Program-made: the position numbers and the translations under genes
The notes under the pieces: model-generated
The model's database searches: none
Seen by the model: the letters and a program-made list of their open reading frames with translations, nothing else
What the model was told of the DNA's origin: nothing
Source of the DNA: a bacterium
Lineage (GTDB): Bacteria; Hinthialibacterota; Hinthialibacteria; Hinthialibacterales; Hinthialibacteraceae
Reading direction: 5' to 3'
NCBI GenBank assembly: GCA_963662285.2
Contig: CAXXMV010000002.1
Span: forward strand, 928,001-992,000
Length of the DNA: 64,000 nucleotides
Part shown: piece after piece, positions 52,472-61,754 of the stretch
Numbering within the stretch: the stretch's first letter is position 1
How the letters are laid out: every line of letters begins with the position of its first letter

Positions 52472-53992
52472 TTATTCCGTTTTGGTTTCCGTTTTGGATT
52501 CCTTATGCTTGGCGCCAAGTTCGTAGAGCCGAACGTATTGATTTATCACTACATTATGGGCGGTGTTATTCAGGTGAAAGCGTAAGGCGTCTTTTTTGAA
52601 AAATGCTTCTTGATTGACGATGGCGAGATGAGTCGCTCCTTCGCTTTCAAACTGTTGCACTGATTCCAGGGTAATATCCGGGTAATTCTTTGTTATGCCA
52701 TTCCTGCGAGTGTAATGAATTAATGATGGATCGAACTCATCGACAATAAGTCTGGCGTCTTCCGGCGTGTTATCATGAATAATTGCAGCGGCCTGCAACC
52801 AGTTATGTTTCAATCTATACCAGGGCTGAATCATGCTGTCCCAATAAAAAATGCTGGATAATAGAATAACCGTGCAGAGCAATCCCCGCATTGGTATTAT
52901 CGGTATGACTGACCTATCCGGCATACTTTCCCATAACAGAGCAGTCGCCCGTCCCGCTCCCCAACTCAATGGCGCCAGGATGATCAGGAAATACACCAGG
53001 TGCGGCGCTATGATGATGGGGTGAACGTCAATCAAGTAATACAGGATGATGATTCCCACCCAGACAATTGGTAATCTGGGCAGCGAGCCTCTTTTAAGAA
53101 AAATGCCCAGAGTTCCCAGAACCAGCCCAAGAGGTCCAAGGGTGTAAAACCAAAGCGATCGCCATACGCTGCGAAAAAAATCATGCTTCCACCACAGTAA
53201 ATAATATGAGGGGTCGGTCCAGTTGCGGAACGATTCTCTGCCCAATGAATTTAGGCTGTAACTTTGCGGCTGTTGGATAGCCCACCCATACCATAATAAT
53301 GACGGAATGATCATAATCGCTCCACAGAGCCATAGCATTCCATTACCCCAGGCCTGTTTTCCCGTTTCATGTTTATGCATCCACAGGGCTGGAACTACTA
53401 CAATAGCCAGCGGCGGCATCATCAACAGAGCCAGTGATCCGCAAATCGTCATGCCAATATAAGCGCCTAGGCCCCTGTTCTTCAGCCAGCGGGCGTATAG
53501 CGCCAATGCAATCAACAGCAGCCCGATGGCGATGGGATGACGATGAAAGCAGCGTCCATGATAGATAGCTTGAGGCGTAATCAGATACCATAATGCCGCA
53601 AAACGCGCGGTCAGCGCTCCATCGTAACGACGCACCAGGTCATATAAAGCCGCCGCGCCTGCCAGACAGAAGAAAATTGTCAACAAACGCGGAATCCACT
53701 CATGTTCTCCCAAAGGGATGTAAAGACACGCAACCACAAAGGGGTAAAGTGGGAACTCGTTAGGCCATAAACCCGCTTCGTTTATAGTGCCCCAGCCAGT
53801 GATCCGGGGATTAAACAGGTTAAATCCACCTTCATAAAAATTCCTGGCTATAGAGGCAGTGGCGCCCTGTCTGAAGGAGTCTCCATCCAATATCGGAGCG
53901 TTTAATTTATGAAGCCTCAGACTAAGACCTACTAATAGTATTAAACAAAGCGTGATATCAATATATTTATTTTTTAACATCAACATGACCAA
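52472..53992 (-). CDS. ArnT-like (GT-C) glycosyltransferase
   Basis: DSFRQGATASIARNFY, EFPLYP, multiple TMs. Confidence 0.8.
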   Translation of the reverse strand: MVMLMLKNKYIDITLCLILLVGLSLRLHKLNAPILDGDSFRQGATASIARNFYEGGFNLFNPRITGWGTINEAGLWPNEFPLYPFVVACLYIPLGEHEWIPRLLTIFFCLAGAAALYDLVRRYDGALTARFAALWYLITPQAIYHGRCFHRHPIAIGLLLIALALYARWLKNRGLGAYIGMTICGSLALLMMPPLAIVVVPALWMHKHETGKQAWGNGMLWLCGAIMIIPSLLWYGWAIQQPQSYSLNSLGRESFRNWTDPSYYLLWWKHDFFRSVWRSLWFYTLGPLGLVLGTLGIFLKRGSLPRLPIVWVGIIILYYLIDVHPIIIAPHLVYFLIILAPLSWGAGRATALLWESMPDRSVIPIIPMRGLLCTVILLSSIFYWDSMIQPWYRLKHNWLQAAAIIHDNTPEDARLIVDEFDPSLIHYTRRNGITKNYPDITLESVQQFESEGATHLAIVNQEAFFKKDALRFHLNNTAHNVVINQYVRLYELGAKHKESKTETKTE

Positions 53993-54300
53993 TGAGTTCT
54001 ATGATGTAGTTGTATATAGCGCCAAAAATTATATGCACATTGTATGTACTGGTTTTTGTTGTAATAAACTACTCAATATTTTATGCTGTATCAAGGTGAT
54101 GATCATAATATGAGGTTAAGAGTCCTGTATCATCCAATTAGTGATGGAAAAACCAAATAGGATGCACTCTATTAACAAAATAGCTTTTTTGCTATTATCT
54201 CTATTATTAAAAAGATAGTAATCGTATCCTTATTATGTGAAACAAGTTTAATACTATTCATTAAATATCTACTTATACTGCTTTTATTTGTGGTGGTACT

Positions 54301-54948
54301 GTGTTTTATTATCAAAAATTAAAACAATTATGGGGGCGTATAGTATTTCGCTATGCCGGGCGGAATATCGCTTTTTATTCTCCAAATCATTCACGGGCAT
54401 TCTATGACCTGGTCGGACGTTTTTATGATTGGTTATATGTCGACCATGTCTCGGGTTATAAGCAAGCTATTCAATATCTCGTCGATTATCATATCGATTC
54501 CGGTAATAGCGTGCTCGATGTAGGATGTGGAACCGGGCAAATACTTGATTATGTTAAATCTAAAGCAAGTTTAGTTGTCGGTATTGATATTTCGCTCCAA
54601 ATGCTCAAACAGACCCGTAAGAAATTAATAGACTTAAATAATGTACTTCTCATTTCCGCTGATAGTAGAAATTTGCCGTTAAAAGGCTCTTTTGATAAAA
54701 TCGTTTCCTGCTTTATGTTGGTTATTCTCTGTCGTGAAGACCGTTTGCGGGTTATTCAATCGATGGAACCTCTTTTGAATGAGAATGGGGCTTTGATCTT
54801 TCTTACAGCGCAGGATAGCCTCTCTCCACAATGGCTTACTATGGATGAATGGCGCTTATTTTGTAATAAGGCCGGTTTTCCCCTGGTCGAAAAGGTGGAT
54901 ATTCTGGATTATTATCGTATCATTATCGCTAGAAAGAACATTTCTTAA
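54301..54948 (+). CDS. class I SAM-dependent methyltransferase
   Basis: VLDVGCGTG, GIDIS..ML, FDKIVS. Confidence 0.88.
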   Translation: MFYYQKLKQLWGRIVFRYAGRNIAFYSPNHSRAFYDLVGRFYDWLYVDHVSGYKQAIQYLVDYHIDSGNSVLDVGCGTGQILDYVKSKASLVVGIDISLQMLKQTRKKLIDLNNVLLISADSRNLPLKGSFDKIVSCFMLVILCREDRLRVIQSMEPLLNENGALIFLTAQDSLSPQWLTMDEWRLFCNKAGFPLVEKVDILDYYRIIIARKNIS

Positions 54949-55130
54949 TACTTTATCCTGAAATTAGGCTTCATCCGTGTTGCCGATGGATGCTTCTATT
55001 CGTAGAATTATAATATGGATGGAATTATTTTCCTGTTTGCGTTAGGTGATACTTGGTGTAACCTATAAGGACTGTATATACCATCGTTGCTCCCTAATAG
55101 GGGAAATTCGGCGATTTTCAATGAGGTGTT

Positions 55131-56249
55131 GTGATGATTAGAGGGTTGAATGTTTTTATTGTTCTGATAGCAGTAGTCTTTGGATTGCTTGGATGTACTA
55201 CTTTGCAAAATTCTCGCCAGGATGTACCTGTCGTGAATGGCGTTATGCATACCGTCAAGGACGGGGAGACGGTAAATGCTATTGCAAAAACCTATGAAGT
55301 CTCTTCGCAGCTGCTGATACGCCGCAATAATCTTCGGGAAGGTGATGTTCTTAATCCAGGCGCCCGATTGTTTATTCCCGGTTCAGATGAAATTAAAGAA
55401 GTTCAAATCGTTAAAGAGGATTCCTCCATTCGTGAAGAGCGCGATGGATTATTCCACACAGTCGGAATGGGTGAAACCCTGATCGCTATTGCCGCCGCTT
55501 ACGATATCTCTATGGAAGAAGTGCAGCGGGTAAACAATATCCATGATCCATCTCGAATCTATATTGGTCAGGAATTATGGATTCCCCGCGCTAAAGAAGT
55601 TAAGGATGTTGAAATCACACCGGTTACTATCGTTAGCGCTGAACCTGTAAAACAACCCCGTAAAGATCCTCGCGTCAATAGAACATCAAATACTAAATCA
55701 AAATCAACTGCATCATCTGAACCAGATACTAAAACGGTTTCTCAGAAACCGGATAAAACTGTTGCTCCGACGCCTACCCCGGTTGAGTTTCCACGGGAAG
55801 TTAAACAGTTTGGCGACAAAAAATTTCAATGGCCGATCAAAGAATCATTCAAGGTCTTGCGTGGTTATAATAATGCTTCCAGTAATGCATCCACCCGCTT
55901 GAATCATGGCATTGATCTCGGCGTTGATATCGGGACTGATGTCTGTGCAGCAGCCGATGGAGAAATTTTAATGGTGGGCGGCATCTCGGATAGTCTGGGA
56001 GCGACTGGATTTGGCAATCACATAATCATTGATCATGGCGAACGCGATAAAAAAGAAATTTACACCTTATATGCCCATAACAGCCAGAATCTGGTTAAAA
56101 TCGGACAGAAGGTTAAGCGGGGGGACGTAATCGCAAAAGTTGGTAATACTGGTCATGTTTCTCAATCCGAAGGAGGAGTCCTTCATTTTGAAATAAGAGA
56201 GCAAACTGAATCTATAAATCCCTTAAATGTTCTTCCACCATTGAAATAA
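55131..56249 (+). CDS. LysM x2 + M23 peptidase lipoprotein (NlpD-like)
   Basis: Lipobox LLGC, two LysM domains, HGIDL, YAH, LHFEIR. Confidence 0.93.
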   Translation: MMIRGLNVFIVLIAVVFGLLGCTTLQNSRQDVPVVNGVMHTVKDGETVNAIAKTYEVSSQLLIRRNNLREGDVLNPGARLFIPGSDEIKEVQIVKEDSSIREERDGLFHTVGMGETLIAIAAAYDISMEEVQRVNNIHDPSRIYIGQELWIPRAKEVKDVEITPVTIVSAEPVKQPRKDPRVNRTSNTKSKSTASSEPDTKTVSQKPDKTVAPTPTPVEFPREVKQFGDKKFQWPIKESFKVLRGYNNASSNASTRLNHGIDLGVDIGTDVCAAADGEILMVGGISDSLGATGFGNHIIIDHGERDKKEIYTLYAHNSQNLVKIGQKVKRGDVIAKVGNTGHVSQSEGGVLHFEIREQTESINPLNVLPPLK

Positions 56250-56361
56250 TTTTGTTTCCAGTTACTTTTTTTAATAGTTCTAAAATTTCATATGAGATGT
56301 ATAATTAATCTATGATATTGGAAATCTCATCGGAATAACCAAGGCCGTTTTATCTTAATGC

Positions 56362-56766
56362 TTGTATTTCAATGATCGGAGTGAATTCATGGGACGGGAA
56401 CGCAGAACGTTCGAGAGAGAACTGGTTAATATTCCCTTTATTTTTAGTTTGGAAGAGGGCGATTCTTTTTCAGAGGGTAAATGGTATGAAGCCAAAACCG
56501 TTGATATTGGACCCGTTTTGGTAGGTGGACTCGCCTTCGAATCAGCCTTGGATATAAAACCCAACGATCAAATCCGCATCGCTCTCTTTATGGATTTAGA
56601 ACTTAGGGAATCATGGCAGCCGGAAAACGAAACTTTCCCCATTTACAAGGGCACTGTCTGTCGTATTACTGATGCCGAGGGAGAAGGGAAGCGCATCGCT
56701 GTAGTCTTCAAAGGATTCGGTAAAAAGATGGAAGAATTCCTCGAATCTGATGATTGGGAAGAATAA
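56362..56766 (+). CDS. PilZ-like domain protein
   Basis: ERRTFER (RxxxR) and DIG...GG (D/NxSxxG-like). Confidence 0.6.
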   Translation: MYFNDRSEFMGRERRTFERELVNIPFIFSLEEGDSFSEGKWYEAKTVDIGPVLVGGLAFESALDIKPNDQIRIALFMDLELRESWQPENETFPIYKGTVCRITDAEGEGKRIAVVFKGFGKKMEEFLESDDWEE

Positions 56767-56777
56767 ATCAGATACCC

Positions 56778-56870
56778 GGTAGGTTGGGCTAAAAGCGAAG
56801 CGTAGCCCTCCAAAGCCACCCTGAATCCTTCCAGAATTAGTATGGGACAAAACGAAAGCGTTTCCCATCT
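56778..56870. repeat. GTAG-type REP-like cluster
   Basis: GGTAGGTTGGGCTAAAAGCGAAGCGTAGCCC, near-identical to 61624-61652; second degenerate hairpin ATGGGACAAAACGAAAGCGTTTCCCAT. Confidence 0.7.
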
Positions 56871-56892
56871 TTTGAAACCAACTACTCAAGCA

Positions 56893-56928
56893 AAAAAAGT
56901 CCTCCCAACATTGAGGGAGGACTTTTTT
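56893..56928. terminator. bidirectional intrinsic terminator
   Basis: AAAAAAGTCCTCCC-N8-GGGAGGACTTTTTT between convergent genes. Confidence 0.85.
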
Positions 56929-56948
56929 ATATCAATCTCACAAATCAT

Positions 56949-58169
56949 TTATGATGTAAAAGAAACTTTAGTTGCGTTTTTGTTAAGATAAGCGCGGCGC
57001 TTGTTATGCCATGCCACGTTGGCCAGATGCGGTCCGCAAACCGCTGAATGACCCACTTCAACCGGCGCGTTGGGTTCCTGGCGGGATTTAACGCATTCCA
57101 GGAAATTCTGGACATGCGGTTGAGTCCCGATGCCACCCTTAAAATCAACCAGTGGTTTGTCTTTATTTTCAGCCCACGGTTCTTTGAAAACGCGGAATCC
57201 TGCATCATCAAGGATCAAGGTCGCTTTATCACCATGGAAGAAGATTGTCCAACCATTTTGGAAACTATTGGAATAGACTAGCGTCCAGGTGGCCAGGAAA
57301 TCTCCATAATCATAAGATGCGTTGAATGTATCCGGGGTTTCTGCGCCAATCGATTCATAAACCTTTCCGAAACATTCAGCTGATTGCGGAGTACCCGAAT
57401 TCATGAACCATTGGATAACATCCATTAGATGCGTTCCCTGGTCGGTTACGTTTCCGCCGGAGAAATTCCAGAAATATCTCCAGTAGCGGTATTTCATCGG
57501 TTCGAAATCAATCACCGGTTTGGGGTAACAGAATTTCTCCCAATCAAGTTTTTCGTTGATTGGCGAGTTGTCCAGAGGATGATTATGCTGCTGCCAGAAC
57601 CACTGGGCGCGGCACATGTGAACTTTACCCAATATTCCATCCTCAATAACTTTTTTGGCTTGATGTACTGATGGGGCGCTGCGACGCTGCATGCCGATTT
57701 GTACGATACGGTCGGTTTTACGCACTTCCTTAACCGTCTTGGCGCCTTCTTCAATGCTGTTGGACATTGGTTTTTCGCAATAAGCGTCTTTTCCGGCATT
57801 AACCGCATCAATCATTTGGACGCAATGATTATGTTCGGCAGTGGCGATCAAGACGGCGTCCAGGTCTTTTTGTTCCAGCAATTTGCGGTAATCGATATAC
57901 GATTTGGCGTTAGCTTCTGCCATTTCAAGCCCGCGCAGGCGGTTCGGTTCAAACACGTCGCACACCGCAGCGAATTTCACGCCTTCGCTCATGTGCATTT
58001 TCATTACGCCTCGCCCCCGGCCTCCGGGACCTATTATTCCCATAACAATCCTATCATTTGCTCCAATCACCTTGTGAGGAATGATGGAATGAATGGCAGC
58101 TATTCCTGCTCCGGCGCTAACTGAGTTTTTTAGAAATGATCGTCTATCGCATGATTTTGTTTTGTTCAT
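56949..58169 (-). CDS. Tat-exported Gfo/Idh/MocA oxidoreductase
   Basis: DRRSFLK, GANDRI..GIIGPGGRG, YCEKP, GMQRRS, DQGTHLMD. Confidence 0.93.
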   Translation of the reverse strand: MNKTKSCDRRSFLKNSVSAGAGIAAIHSIIPHKVIGANDRIVMGIIGPGGRGRGVMKMHMSEGVKFAAVCDVFEPNRLRGLEMAEANAKSYIDYRKLLEQKDLDAVLIATAEHNHCVQMIDAVNAGKDAYCEKPMSNSIEEGAKTVKEVRKTDRIVQIGMQRRSAPSVHQAKKVIEDGILGKVHMCRAQWFWQQHNHPLDNSPINEKLDWEKFCYPKPVIDFEPMKYRYWRYFWNFSGGNVTDQGTHLMDVIQWFMNSGTPQSAECFGKVYESIGAETPDTFNASYDYGDFLATWTLVYSNSFQNGWTIFFHGDKATLILDDAGFRVFKEPWAENKDKPLVDFKGGIGTQPHVQNFLECVKSRQEPNAPVEVGHSAVCGPHLANVAWHNKRRAYLNKNATKVSFTS

Positions 58170-58289
58170 GGCTATTTTTCTCCAATTTATCCAATGACAA
58201 GATTAAATCCAGTCATTTGCTTTATATGAAATTACTACTATTACTCTAATTAACAAAAATCCAGCGCAATCAAAATCCCCTCTCCCTCA

Positions 58290-58436
58290 GGTCTCATCTT
58301 TGCCCACAAGTTTTGTTGGATATTCATCAACAAGGGTGGTCGCTATCAAGGGTAGAAAATACACTACCCTTGCCACCCGTATTGTCTAATCCTCAACCCA
58401 CAAATATTATTAATATTTGTGGGTAAAGATCAGCCC
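58290..58436. mobile_element. MITE-like element inserted into a REP-like hairpin
   Basis: 20-bp IR GGTCTCATCTTTGCCCACAA / TTGTGGGTAAAGATCAGCCC (17/20); flanks CCCCTCTCCCTC.. and ..TCTGGCAGAGGGG rejoin into one hairpin. Confidence 0.6.
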
Positions 58437-58661
58437 TCTGGCAGAGGGGATGCAACCAATAACCTTTGAATCAATATTACACTTAAATCCATCAAATCAC
58501 TAAATAAAATAAAATCCTGAGTATCCTTTTATCCTGATCATCCAGATTCATACAAATAAAACACCTATGTATCAAACTCTCCTAAACTATATCAAGACTA
58601 AAAAAGAACACACGAAATTACAAGGATTATTAACCTTAAATTACTGAAATAACTAAAAACA

Positions 58662-58690
58662 TTGACAAATGCAAGGCAAATGACCATACT
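58662..58690 (+). promoter_or_regulatory. putative sigma70 promoter of carAB
   Basis: TTGACA-N17-CATACT about 250 bp upstream of carA. Confidence 0.55.
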
Positions 58691-58941
58691 CCGGCGACTG
58701 TAAAATGAATAATTTATACAGGGGGCTTGGTTTAGAACTTTTTCTGCTAAAATCTCTGTAGAATATCATCATACGCGGTTCTAGAAACAATATTCGTATT
58801 AATCACATTTGGTTTTCATAATAAAAAACATTTTGAGACGCTTTGCGCGATTCTCAAAAAATCGTAAGCTTAAGCAGTATCTCAAAGTCGCTAATTGAAA
58901 GGATTTATGCAAATCACACTGGAAAATCCGGTTTGTAATCC

Positions 58942-60099
58942 ATGAATATTTCATCTATAAAAAGAATTAAACGTTCATCCGCTACTCTTCTCTTAGAAGA
59001 CGGCGCAAGATATCCAGGCCGGGCGTTTGGCGCCATAGGACGGACTGGCGGCGAAGTTGTTTTTAATACTTCAATGACCGGTTATCAGGAAATAATGACA
59101 GACCCGTCCTATCATGGTCAGATTGTCACCATGACCTATCCCTTAATCGGCAATTATGGCGTGAATCAAGAAGACAATGAATCAAACAAGATTCAGGTTT
59201 CCGGTTTTATTGTTAAAGAACCTTCCTTGATTTATAGTAATTGGCGTAGCGATTGTTCCCTCGAAGATTGGATGCAACAACAGAATATAATCGGCCTATG
59301 CGGGATCGATACTCGCGCCCTGGTTCGTAAGTTAAGAAATTCAGGGGTAATGCGGGGCGTAATCATAGCGGGTGATGCTGATCAATCTGACCTTCAGACC
59401 GAAATTGATCAAGTTCCCAATATGGCTGGCGCCGACATGGCCCAATACGTAACCACCAAAGAAGCATATATTTGGAATGATAAATTGCATCCCTATCATT
59501 TGTCGCAGGGAGTTCCTACGCCTCATAGGGCGCCAGTGCGGGTGGCAGTTATCGATTATGGCATAAAACACAACATACTTCGTCACTTGGCTGAACGGGT
59601 TAAAGAAGTAAAGGTTTTTCCTGCTTTTACCAAATCTGAAGAAATTCTTGCTTTTAATCCTGACGGAATATTCCTCTCCAACGGTCCCGGCGATCCTGAA
59701 CCGGTTACTTACGGCATCGAGACGGTACGCAATCTATTAGGTAAAGCCCCTATGTTTGGAATTTGTCTGGGGCATCAGATTTTAGGGCTGGCTTTGGGCG
59801 GGAAAACTTACAAATTGAAATTCGGGCATCGCGGCGCCAACCAGCCGGTTAAAGATATTGATACTGGAAAAATCGATATTACATCACAGAATCATGGTTT
59901 TTGCGTTGATCTTGAAGGCGTCAATCCAGCCAAAGTGCGCGTTACCCATATAAACCTCAACGACAATACCGTGGAAGGTCTGGAATCTAAGGCGAATAGG
60001 TGCTTTTCGGTGCAATATCACCCTGAAGCATCTCCTGGTCCTCATGATGCAGGCCATCATTTCGATGCATTTATACAAATGATGAAAAATGGAGGCTGA
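58942..60099 (+). CDS. carA: carbamoyl-phosphate synthase small subunit
   Basis: GEVVFNTSMTGYQE, LSNGPGDP, FGICLGHQ, VQYHPEASPGP. Confidence 0.98.
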   Translation: MNISSIKRIKRSSATLLLEDGARYPGRAFGAIGRTGGEVVFNTSMTGYQEIMTDPSYHGQIVTMTYPLIGNYGVNQEDNESNKIQVSGFIVKEPSLIYSNWRSDCSLEDWMQQQNIIGLCGIDTRALVRKLRNSGVMRGVIIAGDADQSDLQTEIDQVPNMAGADMAQYVTTKEAYIWNDKLHPYHLSQGVPTPHRAPVRVAVIDYGIKHNILRHLAERVKEVKVFPAFTKSEEILAFNPDGIFLSNGPGDPEPVTYGIETVRNLLGKAPMFGICLGHQILGLALGGKTYKLKFGHRGANQPVKDIDTGKIDITSQNHGFCVDLEGVNPAKVRVTHINLNDNTVEGLESKANRCFSVQYHPEASPGPHDAGHHFDAFIQMMKNGG

Positions 60100-60111
60100 G
60101 TAAGTCGCCTA

Positions 60112-61650
60112 ATGCCAAAGCGTACTGATATTAAAAAAATTATGATAATCGGGTCTGGTCCGATAGTTATCGGTCAGGCCTGTGAGTTCGATTATTCCGG
60201 CGCCCAGGGATGCAAGTCCTTGCGTGAGGAAGGTTATGAAGTTGTCCTGGTCAATAGCAATCCCGCCACTATTATGACCGATCCAGATATGGGCGACCGA
60301 ACCTATATTGAACCTATTATTCCCGAAGCGCTGGAAAAAATAATAGAAATCGAAAGACCTGATTGCCTTTTACCAACCCTGGGGGGTCAAACTGCTCTCA
60401 ATGCATCAGTCAATCTGGCTGAAAGCGGCGTTTTGGATAAATACGGCGTTGAATTGATTGGCGCCAAGTTAGGGCCTATTAAAAAAGCTGAAGACCGCGA
60501 ATTATTCAAGCAGGCCATGGACAAGATTGGTCTTGATATGCCTCGCAGTAAGGTTGTTGGGAATATGCAGCAAGCCATGGATGCCACTGAATATGTTGGC
60601 TTTCCGGCAATAATCCGGCCTTCTTTCACCCTGGGTGGAACCGGCGCAGGCACTGCCTATAACATTGAGGAATATAAAGATGTAGTCCAATGGGGTCTCG
60701 AAATGAGCCCTGTCAACACCATCCTGGTCGAAGAATCAATTATCGGATGGAAGGAATTTGAATTGGAGGTCATGCGTGACCTCGCTGACAATGTCGTAAT
60801 TATCTGTTCCATCGAAAATTTCGATCCCATGGGCGTTCATACCGGCGACAGCATTACCGTCGCTCCCGCCCAGACATTATCTGATAAAGAATACCAGGCT
60901 ATGCGTGATGCTTCGGTCGCTATTATCCGTGAAATCGGCGTCGAAACCGGCGGATCGAATATTCAATTCGCCCTCAATCCTGAAGATGGACGTATGGTTA
61001 TTATTGAGATGAATCCCCGCGTCTCCCGTAGTTCAGCTCTGGCCTCCAAAGCGACTGGATTCCCTATCGCCAAGATAGCGGCCAAATTAGCTGTGGGATA
61101 CACGCTCGATGAAATCCCTAACGATATTACCAAAGAAACTCCTGCTTCCTTTGAACCGACTATCGATTATTGCGTAACCAAACTGCCCCGTTGGGCTTTT
61201 GAGAAATTTGCTGGCTCCGATCCAACCCTGGGCACTCAGATGAAATCGGTCGGTGAAGCAATGTCTATAGGACGAACCTTTAAGGAATCGCTACAAAAAG
61301 GCTTGCGTTCCCTAGAGATAGACCATTACGGTCTTGGCGCCGATGGTAAGGACGTATACAATTTCCGCGATCCATCTCATCCCAAGTACCGCGACCCGTC
61401 TGATCCTGATTTGCATGTTGAATTAGCTAATAAACTCAGAATTCCCAAGCCAGACCGGATTTTTTATATTCGATATGCTCTACAGGTGGGAATGACTATC
61501 GACCAGGTATATCAATATTCATTAGTAGATCGCTGGTTCCTCACTAATATGGCTGAAATCGTCGCCATGGAAGAAGAACTGATAGACGCTCGCTCTGCGG
61601 TTGCACCGTTTTTGCACAACCCAGGTAGGTGGGATAAAAGCGAAGCGTAG
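60112..61650 (+). CDS. carB: carbamoyl-phosphate synthase large subunit, N-terminal half (CarB1)
   Basis: [28 protein letters not shown]...[18 protein letters not shown]; ends in the oligomerisation domain. Confidence 0.95.
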   Translation: MPKRTDIKKIMIIGSGPIVIGQACEFDYSGAQGCKSLREEGYEVVLVNSNPATIMTDPDMGDRTYIEPIIPEALEKIIEIERPDCLLPTLGGQTALNASVNLAESGVLDKYGVELIGAKLGPIKKAEDRELFKQAMDKIGLDMPRSKVVGNMQQAMDATEYVGFPAIIRPSFTLGGTGAGTAYNIEEYKDVVQWGLEMSPVNTILVEESIIGWKEFELEVMRDLADNVVIICSIENFDPMGVHTGDSITVAPAQTLSDKEYQAMRDASVAIIREIGVETGGSNIQFALNPEDGRMVIIEMNPRVSRSSALASKATGFPIAKIAAKLAVGYTLDEIPNDITKETPASFEPTIDYCVTKLPRWAFEKFAGSDPTLGTQMKSVGEAMSIGRTFKESLQKGLRSLEIDHYGLGADGKDVYNFRDPSHPKYRDPSDPDLHVELANKLRIPKPDRIFYIRYALQVGMTIDQVYQYSLVDRWFLTNMAEIVAMEEELIDARSAVAPFLHNPGRWDKSEA

Positions 61651-61656
61651 CCACCT
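61624..61656. repeat. GTAG-type REP-like palindrome overlapping the CarB1 stop
   Basis: GGTAGGTGGGATAAAAGCGAAGCGTAGCCACCT; homologous to 56778-56808. Confidence 0.75.
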
Positions 61657-61754
61657 GAGTCAGCTGATTAATTGCATAATCCTACGGGAATCAGAAATAG
61701 AGAAAATATTTTTTATATCAAAATCTTAAGAATCAATAAAAAAAAGTTGCTCGA

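Noticed and set aside
56838-56880. c-di-GMP riboswitch near the PilZ-like gene
   Set aside because: Lies downstream of both flanking genes and lacks the second stem; better explained as a degenerate REP
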